A DNA stretch of 61,979 nt, the filler included. It is 21 parts of 21 records of this genome, joined end to end, with 100 filler letters (N's around TTAATTAATTAA, not from the genome) between each part and the next. Parts side by side here need not be neighbours in the genome. Positions count along the whole stretch, not along the records: positions 1 to 3,254 come from SRR36015645_92050; positions 3,355 to 6,037 come from SRR36015645_92317; positions 6,138 to 8,641 come from SRR36015645_92345; positions 8,742 to 14,383 come from SRR36015645_92784; 17 more parts are not named here. One strand, written 5' to 3'. Positions 1-11,800 of the stretch are shown in pieces. Below the pieces are notes generated by a model. That model did no database searches. It worked only from the letters and a program-made list of their open reading frames with translations, and was not told the origin of the DNA. The position numbers and the translations under genes were made by a program. Positions within the stretch are counted from its first letter, which is position 1. Each line of letters opens with the position of its first letter.

Positions 1-382
1 CACATTTACTAATAAATTACCAGAAGTTCCAATACGTTCCTCACGTTCATTTTTTTTTCGTTGTTTCCGTGATTTAGACTTTCTTTACAATTAAAATGCT
101 AGTTTATAGTTGTTTTTTTACAAGCTTGTTTTCATATTCCTTTTCATATATATATATAAAACCTTGTGCAAACATATACATTTAAAAAAATGACTTTTTA
201 ACTAAAATCGTATTTAGATAAAGAAACATAAGAAACATAAAATTGACTAAGATAAAACAGACTAAGTGTACAGTACATACTAAGTATGCCACCACTGTTA
301 AGCTACGTTACTTTGTACACAAAAAAGGGGGAACAGCCGGCTGAACTATACTCAGGAAACTAAACAGGAAAACCCGTCTTTA

Positions 383-3254
383 TCAAGGCACATTTAGATC
401 ACCCCAGTACCCTTGGCACTTTTCTTCACTGAGTCTGTACTTGTCAACACTGATCCTTTGCTCCAGAGCATCTCTGAAGTGTTTCTCCACCGTCTTAATT
501 GCAATTTTTGCTGTTAGATTGTTCTTCTCCATTTGGTTCCTCATTGTCCATATTGATTTCCTGTACAGAGCTAACAGAAGTAACGTTACATCCCTGTTTG
601 AGTTGGATGTTGCATTTTGATCCAAAACATTATATATCACAGAGTTCTCAGTAAAACTGACGATGCATTGCCTTGTTCCTATTGATGTGTAATTGTCCCT
701 AATCATTCCTCGGAAACCTGCTAATTTAGGACAATCTATGAAAACATGTTTGGTCGTTTCCACGCATAGATTGCAAAATTTGCAGTTGTTGTTGTATTTT
801 CTCCCTTCCATGTCTCTTAGTATCTTATGTCGGAGCCGTCTATCACCGGTGTTCAGGCGATCGTGCACAGTTAAGTAGCTTAGTTCTCGTAGTTTGGGAT
901 CCACAAACGTACAGTGCGTATTTTGCCATATTTCCATCCAGTCCATGTTCGTGTTTTTCTCCATGACATCAATTCGGATTACGTCATCCCGTTTCATGAG
1001 TCCCTCGTATATATGCTTAATTTTGCACTTTTCCCACTTCAAATCTGGGCATTTGACGTTCAGTTCTGTGTAGAAATCAACGATATTTTTGTAAATGCCA
1101 TATGCCATCTCTGCTTTTGGTCTGTTGTTGCTAGCAAAATCTGGGTTTAGTCTCCTAAGATGGATACCTATTTGATAAATGGCAAAGGAGAGCCACATGT
1201 GGTCTGTTGTAAGCATTTTCGTAATTCTATCGACTAGTAGTGCCTTCGCCCTAACATAGGCATTGATAATACTTTGGCCACCTTGATGCTTCGGTAGATA
1301 CATTACTACACGCTTAATTGGCTCCACTGGGATTTGCCATATGAACTTGAAGCATATTGATTCTAGCTCCTTTGCAATTACTGCTCTCAGAGGTATAACT
1401 CTAGAAGCATACCACAGTTTGCTCAGTCCATATACATGTAACAGTGTTTTTCGTCCTTCCATAGAAAGACCCCTATCCTTCCATTTTTCCAAGGTTTTCC
1501 GTAGCTTCTCTATGATTGGTGACCAATTATCTTCAACTTGCGTCCTCCCTCCGTGCCATATCCCTAGAATGTTTATCTTCTCTTTTATATGTCTGTGTAA
1601 GAAATTCCTAGCTCCGGACCTCCATTTGCCAACCAATAGGATTTCAGTCTTACTCTCATTTTGTCGCGCTCCCGATGCACTTTGAAATCTCCTAACATGC
1701 TCGTTGATGTAATTCATGGAAGTGCAGTTTGAAATAAACGCAGTCTTGTCATCTGCATAGCACGATAACTTGGTTTCTGCTTGTCCTGGTAGTTTGATGC
1801 CTTTAATTCTAGTATCCTGCCGGATGACAATATCTAAGGGCTCCGCTGCAAGAAGGTAAAGAAGCATGGATAGGGGACAGCCCTGCCTGAACGACCTCTC
1901 GACTTTAATAGTGTTTGACAGATTCCCGTTGACCATTACCTTTGCATACATATCTGAATATATTAGTCTAATCCAATGTTTGAAGTTTTTCCCAAATCCA
2001 TACCTATCCAGTACCATGTTTATCCATCCATGCTCCACCCTATCAAATGCTTTTTCGTTGTCGAGTGCGATAATCGCGCACGGAATATCTGTGTGTTCTG
2101 CAAAGTCAATGATATTTTGTATTAAAAATAAATTGTCATGAATATTTCTATCCGGAATGCCGCATGTTTGGTTTTTGTGTATCAATTTTCCTACAACTTT
2201 TCGCAATCTTGCCGCTAAACATTTGGTTAAAATTTTATAGTCCACGTTTAATAGTGAAATTGGTCGGTAGTTTTGCAAAAGTCTGTGATCTAGTTTCTTG
2301 TATAGAAGGACAATGATTGCCATCTTCATTGACTCAGGAAGTTCCCCTGCAAGAAAAGCATTGTTGAGAGTTTCCGTTAGGTCATCACCTATCACATTCC
2401 AAAATTCGAGATAAAACTCTTTGGGCAAACCATCTTCCCCCGGTGTTTTATTATTTTGCATATGCTTCAACGCTTGCAGTAATTCTTCCTTCTCCAAAAA
2501 GCCCTCGCATGAAAGTCTTTCCTCTTCCGATAATTGGTTTTGTATTTTCTCCAAGAAATCGTTTTGTATTTGTTGGTCTGTTGGCTGTTTTTGATAAAGT
2601 AATTTGAAGAAGTTTCTCGCCTCCTGCTCAATTTGCTCCGGCTTTTCCAATATTTCCTGATTTTTGTTAAGTAGAGAGTGTATTATTGTTTTTGATTTGA
2701 TCTTCTTCTCTAAATCCGTGAAGTATGTGCTTGAATTTTCTCCTTCTTCCAAAAACTTCGCCCTTGATCTCACCATAGCGCCTTCCATTTCCATCTTGGC
2801 CATTCTCTTCATCCTTTCTTCCATTTCATCCCTGCTTCGTGTAATATCTCGTATCTTTTCCTCATCACGTTCTTCATCGAGAATAACTGTAAGTCTTTTC
2901 AAATCCTTTTCCATTTTTTCTTTTACACTACGCTGTTGCCGTTGCACTTGGCTGCAGTGGGTTATTATAATATATTTGACCTTCTTCTTATACGAGTCCC
3001 ACCAATTTGAACTACTCGTATTATAGTCAGTTTTTCTCGATCTCCAGTATACTGTGAAATCCTCTATATCCTTTCTTAGATCCTCATGTTTTAAGCTCGC
3101 CGTGTTACATTTCCATAAATTCTTTATGTTTTGCTTATAAGACGGGTCGTTGAACCTAAACAAAACAGCATCATGATCGCTGTACACGTTAGGGATTCCC
3201 TCTATGCAAATTGTATGGCGCAACAGTTGCTTATTTGCATAAACCCTGTCTAGC
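383..3254 (-). CDS. L1/Tx1-clade LINE ORF2 (end of APE endonuclease, RT, C-terminal Zn-binding motif), 5'-partial
   Basis: Frame is open to the contig edge (LDRVY...SDH APE end). Motifs: KTPGEDGLP, YRPISLLNVDYKIL, DNEKAFDRV, RQGCPLS, YADD, GGQSI and C-terminal CKFC...ETTKHVFIDC. Confidence 0.95.
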
Positions 3255-3354
3255 NNNNNNNNNNNNNNNNNNNNNNNNNNNNNNNNNNNNNNNNNNNNTT
3301 AATTAATTAANNNNNNNNNNNNNNNNNNNNNNNNNNNNNNNNNNNNNNNNNNNN
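3255..3354. other. Artificial contig spacer (N44-TTAATTAATTAA-N44), first of 20
   Basis: The identical 100-nt spacer, with stops in all six frames, also starts at 6038, 8642, 14384, 19148, 21440, 24763, 27295, 29710, 32586, 34782, 36959, 39178, 41747, 44018, 48283, 50523, 53469, 56690 and 59086. Confidence 0.99.
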
Positions 3355-3658
3355 TATGATAGGTTTAGCATCCCTATATATTTTAAACCGAGCATGGTAG
3401 AAAAATTCTATTACCCTCATAAGGCCGGAAGATGGCGCTTGCTTGTGTAGTTGTGTTTTTATAGCTCCTGAGAATTTCGTTAATATCTTGTGTTTTGTGT
3501 TCTTTATTAAACTATTTCGGTATCACGGTTTGTATATTTTTTGTGTGAAAGTCTAGTGGATAGTATGAAGTGAGTATTTTGATATTTTACCTTGGCGTTG
3601 GTTTATACTAGGCGAGTTTATCTCGCTGTAGTACAGCCAGCATAGCCAGTAAGTGAAC

Positions 3659-5890
3659 ATGTCGGACCCTTGGGAGAATATAGATTCGCATGTTAGGCCT
3701 AGTGATGCTCTTTGGTCGGATAGCGGTGACGCTGCGGCCCCCTTGCTTACTGATCGGGTTACCCCTGACCGCCCACCTATCCCTGTACCTAGGAAGTCAG
3801 TGGCCAACCATTCTGATAAAAGTTGTACATCAAATTCTGATAATAAAATTGCTAACACGGAGAAACTCTCCATAGGTAGTGTACACGAGTCAGCAGATAG
3901 TTATGCAAATTTTGATGCACCGTCTACTAGCAATATGCAAAATACCCCAGTAAATGATGGAGGGATTACGTATGCAAATTCCTTGGATAGTCAACAGCTA
4001 AATAGTACATCCGAGCAGAATGCAAATATAAATGCAGGCATCCAAGGCAGTGGCGCAATGCAATTAAACGCAGTAGATACGCTGAATTCAAATTTAGGAA
4101 GCGAGCAAAAAAAGGCTGGCAATATAAATGGTACATACGCATCAGTTTTAAGAAAACCGGATAGCTTTTACAACCACTCTGGCAGAAACAAGGGGGTGTA
4201 CATAAAACTATTTAATGAAGAGCAAAGAGGGTTACCGTTGACAACTTACATCAATGCAGTGAGCGATATTGTAGGAGCCGAATCTATCACACATACGGCA
4301 AAACGTGCGGGGAAATTAATTATGTTTTTTTCAGAGATTTCGTCAGTTGATTTATTAACATCAACTGGAGTAAGCATTAACGGGTTATACCGAGAGGTTC
4401 ATAGAGCAGAAAGTGTATATTCGAGCATGATTGTGTCCGATATTTTCCCCGACATACCAAATACGCCATTAGTTAATGCTTTAACTGATATTGGCCTAAA
4501 GATACATAAAATATTTCCAGTGCCTTGCGGATTTAAGGATCCAAAATTCAGGCATATTATGTCCTTTAGGAGGGAAGTTAAATTCTCAGTGAGTAGCAAA
4601 GCGACATTTGAGACAATTCCCTCGGAGCTGATTTTACAGTACGGTGAAGGCCAATCACACAAAGTTTATCTCTCTGAACCTGGTAATCCTCTATGCTTTT
4701 ATTGCCACAACTATGGACACATCCAGACCCGATGTCCTGAGAAGGCAAGAAGGCGCCAACATGGAACGATTCCAGAGGCCAGAACCACAAATGACAGAAA
4801 TACGCAAGAAGAAAAGATTGGAACTATTACGGGTGAAGGCAATGTTCATAACGTTAATAAAACACTGTCAACAATAAGGGAGCTAAGAACTGAATCTGAC
4901 CAAGTCAGACAGAGCAACACACCAGAGGCAGTAGTTGAACAAACAGATGGAGATACTCAAATTTTGTCAAGCAGGCCTACAGCAGAAATCACAAATCACG
5001 AAGAAAAGAAGTTTCAGTTGGTGAATAGCAAAAAAAGAAAGAAAAATGTTAGTGTATCTAATAAGGAGCAAAATGAAAAAACGCCTCTTCAACAGAATAG
5101 GTATGAGGTTCTACAAAACATGACAGATTCCTCTGAGTCTGAGAAAGACATGAGTGTTCAAAGAACTAAATTTTTGAAGCAAGCGAAAAAGTTAAGGAAA
5201 ACTATTGTTGGCAGTACGTCTAGCATAGATAGCATAAATGCAATGGAAATGGATGAAACACCACTTGAACAAGTAAGCAACAAAACGGAGGATAACAGTC
5301 GCAAACAAGAGAGTGAAGCAAACAGAGAGCTAGAAAATAGACCTACTAATGAGCCTGCGATTTATGCAGAAACACCTAAATCTAGCAAACAAAAATCAGC
5401 AAGTGGGCCCCAAGCAGATATCATCCCTGAATCAGACTGTGGCGCAACGAGCAAACATTTAATAACAAGTATAACGCAAAACGATATTTCTGAACAAAAA
5501 ACTGGCAATAAAGACGACGAAACAATGGATCACACAGATAACCTCTGTGAATATGACACAGCAGATGATAATGACGATTTATCGCAGACACTATATCTTG
5601 ATGGTGAGGAGGATAACTGTATTTTGACAAATGTACAAATACGGAATATTCTAAGAGAAACGAAAAACAAGAGAAATAAGGAATGTATACGGGTTATTAA
5701 CCAGTATACATCAGATATTAATGGCGTTATAGCTCAAATAAACAAAATAGAAAGCCATGGCGAAATCCGCATACTGGCTGCTGAAGTAAATTCGCCAAAA
5801 TATAAAGCGATAAATCGGACCAGAAAACAATTATGCAGCCTCAGCAAGCGCTTAACTGAGGGAATAGGCAATGGAACCCTAAATACTTAA
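3659..5890 (+). CDS. L1/Tx1-clade LINE ORF1 (gag-like, CCHC zinc knuckle)
   Basis: First ATG at 3659; TYASVL and HIMSFRREV motifs, knuckle CFYCHNYGHIQTRC, disordered middle and helical C-terminus. An APE ORF follows 10 nt after the stop. Confidence 0.88.
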   Translation: MSDPWENIDSHVRPSDALWSDSGDAAAPLLTDRVTPDRPPIPVPRKSVANHSDKSCTSNSDNKIANTEKLSIGSVHESADSYANFDAPSTSNMQNTPVNDGGITYANSLDSQQLNSTSEQNANINAGIQGSGAMQLNAVDTLNSNLGSEQKKAGNINGTYASVLRKPDSFYNHSGRNKGVYIKLFNEEQRGLPLTTYINAVSDIVGAESITHTAKRAGKLIMFFSEISSVDLLTSTGVSINGLYREVHRAESVYSSMIVSDIFPDIPNTPLVNALTDIGLKIHKIFPVPCGFKDPKFRHIMSFRREVKFSVSSKATFETIPSELILQYGEGQSHKVYLSEPGNPLCFYCHNYGHIQTRCPEKARRRQHGTIPEARTTNDRNTQEEKIGTITGEGNVHNVNKTLSTIRELRTESDQVRQSNTPEAVVEQTDGDTQILSSRPTAEITNHEEKKFQLVNSKKRKKNVSVSNKEQNEKTPLQQNRYEVLQNMTDSSESEKDMSVQRTKFLKQAKKLRKTIVGSTSSIDSINAMEMDETPLEQVSNKTEDNSRKQESEANRELENRPTNEPAIYAETPKSSKQKSASGPQADIIPESDCGATSKHLITSITQNDISEQKTGNKDDETMDHTDNLCEYDTADDNDDLSQTLYLDGEEDNCILTNVQIRNILRETKNKRNKECIRVINQYTSDINGVIAQINKIESHGEIRILAAEVNSPKYKAINRTRKQLCSLSKRLTEGIGNGTLNT

Positions 5891-5900
5891 CAATACCAAT

Positions 5901-6037
5901 ATGTGGAGTGCTCTCAGTGTTAACATCAGGGGAATCGCACAACAGCAAAGGGCGCAGAAATTAATGGAGTACGTCTCCATATACAAACCTGATCTCATTT
6001 TTCTGCAAGAAACAAATATAAAAAATCAAGACTTGGA
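5901..6037 (+). CDS. L1/Tx1 ORF2 APE endonuclease N-terminus, 3'-partial
   Basis: SVNIRG...DLIFLQETN are APE motifs I-II; cut by the contig end. Confidence 0.9.
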
Positions 6038-6137
6038 NNNNNNNNNNNNNNNNNNNNNNNNNNNNNNNNNNNNNNNNNNNNTTAATTAATTAANNNNNNN
6101 NNNNNNNNNNNNNNNNNNNNNNNNNNNNNNNNNNNNN

Positions 6138-8641
6138 AGAGGTTACAGACCTAGAGGGAGAGGATACCGGGGCGGCGCAGGACGAGGTTATGGTAACTAC
6201 ACAAACAGACAAGAAAACGGCGGCGCAGGACGAGGTTATAGTAACTACACAAACAGACAAGAAAACGAAACAAACTCTGGATATCGTGGAGTAAGAAGAG
6301 GTAATCGTGGCAATTACTCAAATAGTTTCAGTCAAGAGAAAGAAAGTCGAAGACAAAATCCATTGGATGCGGATGGTAATATTTCAAGATGCATAATATG
6401 CGAGTCCATTTATCATTGGGCAAGAGACTGTCCGCACAGCTATGAAGCCAAGAATAAGAAAACAACAGACAAGACGGACTTTCAGTTATACTCATCCGAT
6501 ATACATGATTGCTACATCAATCAATTTATGGGAGAAACGTTTGGATCTGCCGTCTTGGATAGTGGATGCACTAAAACGGTTTGCGGCAATACATGGCTTG
6601 AATGTTACAAACAGAGCATGAGTCAAGAAGATGTTGAGAATATGGCATACCAGAGCAGTGATAGAACATTTAAATTTGGAGATGGCCGTTTGATCAAGTC
6701 GGAGAAGAAAGTTGTGATTCCTGCATATCTTGGTGACAGACAGGTGAATATAGAAACTGAAGTTATCAATGATGATTTGCCGTTATTGTTCAGCAAAGTA
6801 GCGATGAAGAAGGCAGGTATGACTATAGACTTTACTAATGATACTGCAGTCGTTTTTGGTGATGTGAAGATAAATTTGGAATTCACTTCAAGTGGACACT
6901 ACACCATTCCACTAACAAAAGAAAAGCAGATGCTCACTAAACAGACATTAGATGGTAAAGAAGATATATTATTTTCTTTCAACATGCAAGATAAATCGTA
7001 CAAGGAAAAACAGCAAATGGCAAAGAAACTCCATTTACAGTTTGGACATCCAGCTTACTCAAAGCTTGAAAAATTAATGAAGAGTGCCAAGATTGATGAC
7101 GGTGAAATTTTTGAAATCTTAAAAGATTTGGACACAAGCTGCGATATTTGTCGGAAGTATAAGAAAGCGCCTCTGAAACCAATTGTTGGTCTATCCTTAG
7201 CTAAGGAATTCAATGAAACTATGGCGATGGATCTGAAGAGCTACAGAGGTCGGCAAATCCTTCACATGATTGACCATGCAACAAGATATAGCGCTGCAAG
7301 TCTTATCTCATCAAAATCTCAAGACGTTATTGTCAAGAATGTTTTACTACATTGGATCGCTATATTTGGAGCTCCAAATCACATTTTGTCTGACAACGGC
7401 GGTGAGTTTAACAATGAAGAGTTTCGTGATATGGGCAATAAACTCAACATTGAGATACTTACAACAGCAGCTGAGGCACCATGGTCAAATGGGATTGTGG
7501 AGCGGCATAATGCTATACTCAGTAACATGATGGACAAAATTATAGCGGAGACAAACTGTCCATTAGATATTGCACTGGCCTGGGCGGTCAGTTCCAAGAA
7601 TGCGCTACATAATGTTTATGGCTACAGTCCCAACCAATTGGTATTTGGCAGAAATCCAAACTTACCAGCAGCTATCAGTAACAACCCTCCAGCATTAGAA
7701 GAGTGCACAGTCAGCGAAATACTGGCACAAAATCTCAATGCGTTGCATTCAGCAAGGAAAGCATTTATAGAAAGTGAGGCATCCGAAAAGGTGCGACGAG
7801 CATTGAGACACAATGTGCGACCAGTAACGAGTATGGTATACAACATTGGGGACAAGGTGTATTATAAGCGCAACAATGCTAAGGAGTGGAAGGGACCAGG
7901 TGAAATCATAGGTAGAGATGCACACCAACTGTTTGTCAAACACGGAGGTGTATATGTGCGTGTGCATCCATGTAGCTTGCAATTAGTTCGTGCGGAGAAT
8001 ATCAACACCAATGACAACACATCAATCAAGAGCAGTGAAATTCCAGCAAAAGAAACTAAAACAAACAATGACAATGAAATTGCTCAAAATGAAGTTAATT
8101 TTGATGATGATTCTGATGATGAAGCGAGTAAAGCACCGAAGGAACCTATTATTCCGGGGAAAGAAAATTCTGGAAATATCACTGATGATATTGCTTCGGT
8201 TGCCAATCAAGAGAATGGTGAGGAAAACTTGAAGAATCGTACGGTTGTTAACAACGAACTGCCACCACTCAAAAGTCGAATTACATACCGTATCAAACAA
8301 GAGGATCCTTTGAAAGAAGGTATTGTCATTAGCAGAGCGGGCAAGCAAACCGGCCAGAATAAATTTTGGCTAAACGTGAAAAACATAGAAGACAATAGCA
8401 TTCGGAGTGTCGATTTCAAAAATATTGAGGAATGGGATGTAAAAACAGAAAATGTCCTCACCGTCAGTTCTGAGAGTCATGAAGTGCTAAGTGCAAAGCA
8501 GAAAGAGTTAGAAAATTGGTCCACACTTGATGTATATGAAGAAGTTAATGATGATGGACAGTCATACATATCAACAAGATGGGTTATCACAGAAAAGATG
8601 AAAGATGACGAAGTCGTTACAAAGGCAAGATTAGTTGCACG
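6138..8641 (+). mobile_element. Ty1/Copia LTR retrotransposon polyprotein (GalEa-like), partial at both ends
   Basis: Frame is open from 6138. CCHC knuckle CIICESIYHWARDC, protease LDSGCT, integrase HLQFGH/CDIC with D..SDNGGEF..E, then Copia RT start (ELENW..LDVY, TRWVITEK, KARLVA). The PR-IN-RT order is Copia; the GalEa assignment is from recall. Confidence 0.9.
6171..6266 (+). repeat. Two 48-bp tandem copies encoding GGAGRGY(G/S)NYTNRQEN in Copia gag
   Basis: 6171-6218 and 6219-6266 differ at one position. Confidence 0.95.
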
Positions 8642-8844
8642 NNNNNNNNNNNNNNNNNNNNNNNNNNNNNNNNNNNNNNNNNNNNTTAATTAATTAANNN
8701 NNNNNNNNNNNNNNNNNNNNNNNNNNNNNNNNNNNNNNNNNGTTTCCTAGTTTCCTGCGCTCGGTATTAGATTTCTAAATTTGAGTCCATTGGAAACCCA
8801 CCCCCGCCCCAAATGTCAAAAAAATCATCCCGCCCCAGATAGGG

Positions 8845-11800
8845 TTAACCCCTTCTTTGCGACATACAAAGAACACTCCGAAATTTCAATAATCTGGAGC
8901 TGTTACCATTGTGTTATTTTTCTTTGCAAAAATGGGACCAAAGTCACCTTATGTCATTGTTATTTTTTTTTTTAGATATGGAGCCAATAGAAGAGGTGCC
9001 ACCTAAAAAGCGACGAATAATCTATGATGAGTGCTGCGTATTTTGCGAAGGGGCTTTGTCTAAGGTTCTTGCTGGTAATCCTGTAGTGAAGAATCCAGGC
9101 CCAGACGCGTTGAAAACAATATTAAAAGTCGCAGAAGTTCGCAGAGACGCTGTACTTGAAAGGTTGCAACCCTTTAAAGATGGTATTCTCAGTGGTACCG
9201 GTGAAGTGAAAGTAAGATTCCACTCCAACTGTAGGGCTACCTACACGTGTAGGAGAAATGTTCAATATGCTGCGTCAAAGGACTCTTCCACCGATGGAGC
9301 TTTGATGAATGTTGAAGGCTTGACTGGGCTTTCAAGGCTTCGGCGCTTTGAAACCTCGAAGTTCAACATAAGAACTGATTGCTTTGTTTGTGGTACGTCG
9401 AGCACAAGGAAGGAGAAACTGACGCAGATTTTGACTGGGACAGGTTCAACAACACGTCAACGAATGCTTGATGCAGCAATCGAACGAAATGATCCTGAAA
9501 TACAAATGAGAATGTTGACCAATACAGACCTTTTTGCTATGGATGCTAAATACCATCGTTCTTGTTATTCGGCGTACATATCCGAGAGAAATGTTAGAGC
9601 AGCAAAAGCCAGGGCCGTAGCCACCCAGGCAAAAACGGATGAAGATATCGTCTTTGATCGTTTGTGCGAGGAGATGAATGCAACAGTCTTTTCGAGAACA
9701 AAGCAAATCACAACGTTATCAGCTCTTCATGAACGACTTGCTGCGATTTCAAAGGAGGCGAACAGTGATGCTCCTGTGTGCTCACCGAGAACACTAAAAG
9801 AAAAACTGACAGTCCGTTTCAAACAGAGTCTTTCTTTTATTACCCAGTCTGGCAAATCAGATCTTGTATGTTCTGGTGATGTCACTCTTAGTGAGGCATT
9901 GCAAAAGGTTGTTCAGTTACAGGTGTCTGTCAGTGAAATGGGTGAGGGTGAATTCGAAATGCCAGATGTGCTTATTAATGAAGATGACTCAGTGACTTTG
10001 CATAAGGCTGCTGGCATCATTCGTAACTTAACGTCTGAACTTCAATTTCAGTCCGATCAGTATGAACCTAGTAGTCAGTTTGACAAAGTCAAGTGTAAAA
10101 ACTTCATTCCCAATCTCCTGTATGATTTTGTTGCATGGTGTATATCAAAGAAAGACTTTGATTCCGCCACAATGTTGGGTTCGGGCCACAAGGGTAACAT
10201 TGACCGCATTGATATGAAAGTCCTTGCAATTTGTCACATCATAATTAGTGTTGGTCGCAAAATTCCTACACCAATTACATTTGGGTTAGGTGTGAAACTA
10301 CACCACGATCATGGTAGTCGTGAACTCGTAGATTACTTGAATTCTCTTGGGCATTGTATTAGTTATGATGAAGTACGGAGATTTCTCACCGCAGTTGCTG
10401 ATGATGAACTTGCAGTCGAATCTGGTGAAGGCATCCCAAGAGGCATATCCCCGTATGATCCGTTGCATATGGACACGATTGTTGATGCTGCCATCGATAA
10501 TTTTGACCAAAACGAAGAAACAATTGATGGCAAAAACACAACACATGCCATGGCAATAGTGCTGTACCAGAGATCGGAGGCCCCAGAGGAAATTGCAATA
10601 CCACGAAGTAAGAAAAAGAAAAGAACACTCGATCTGGAGGCATATCAGGAAGTTGAGATTCAACGCTACAACAAACCTCGTCAAAAGCCAGAGCCTGTGA
10701 TCAAGTGGGCTGTGCCAGATCAACAGAAAGCCAGCACAACTGTGAAAAAGGACATGGTATGGAGCATAGCACGTTCCAGAACACCAGAAGATAGCCATAT
10801 TCCAGCGTGGGGTGGGTTCAATGCTGTTGTCTGTAGGAAGGTTGTACCTCTGACTCGAATCAAATACCTCCCGTTTATAAATGCATCTCCTTCTGACATA
10901 TCTACGATTTACACCACCCTTCTAAAATTGGTGAAATTAGCTTTAGCATTAGGGCAGGACCATATCCTTGTCACCGCAGATCTTGCTATCTATAGCAAAG
11001 CTCAACAAGTATTATGGGCTCAGCCTGGACCCTTGGATGGGCGTGTAACGATGCGCTTGGGTGGGATGCATCTAACTATGGCATTTATTGGTTCCATTGG
11101 TTGCTTGTTTGGTGATGGAGGTCTCCGTCAGATGCTCACTGGCTCGGATGTGTATGCAGACTCCACGGTCGGTAGGATGTTGGAAGGAAAGCAGTACTCA
11201 AGAGGTCTGCGTGGGATAAAACTGGTGCATGAGGTGCTTTCCCACCTGTTCTTCAAGGCGGCGGAACAATTTGCAAGAGAGAACAACCTAGAATGGTTCG
11301 ATGACAGTACACTGAGGCTGATTGATGATTTAGAGAATGCATTCAAAATCAATGAACCATCTGCTGCCGCTACTGCCGTTATGGAAGAACTAGAGTGCAG
11401 AATATCGGATTCAGTCCTTGAAACTTTGGAGAAGTTCAAATCAGCAGGAAAGGAGAAATCTACCACCTTTCAGTACTGGCTGATATTCTTACAGGTTGGG
11501 AATATTCTCTTGAAGCTACTCAGGGCAGACCGTGAGGCCAACTTTCAGTTGCATCTTGAAGCTGTACTTGAGACCATTCCATACTTCTTCCTAACTGGAA
11601 GAGTAAACTATGCTAGGTACACAACCTGCTACATCGCTGAGATGTGTGGCTTGGAGACTTCCTCACCCCAAATGTTCCAGCACATGGAAAATGGTGGTTT
11701 CGTTGTGAAACGTTCCGAGAAGATTTTCAACTGCGTACCGACTGATCAAGCCCTAGAGCAGAGTATCAACAGGGAGGCGAAAAGCAAGGGAGGTGTCATT

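Noticed and set aside
3299-3310. TTAATTAATTAA palindrome recurring 20 times
   Set aside because: Always centred in N runs; it is an artificial six-frame-stop linker.
8909-8977. ORF-track N-terminal extension MCYFSLQ...FFFLD of the Academ protein
   Set aside because: It lies in the inverted repeat and a T-tract-AG; ATG 8978 or an upstream exon is more plausible.
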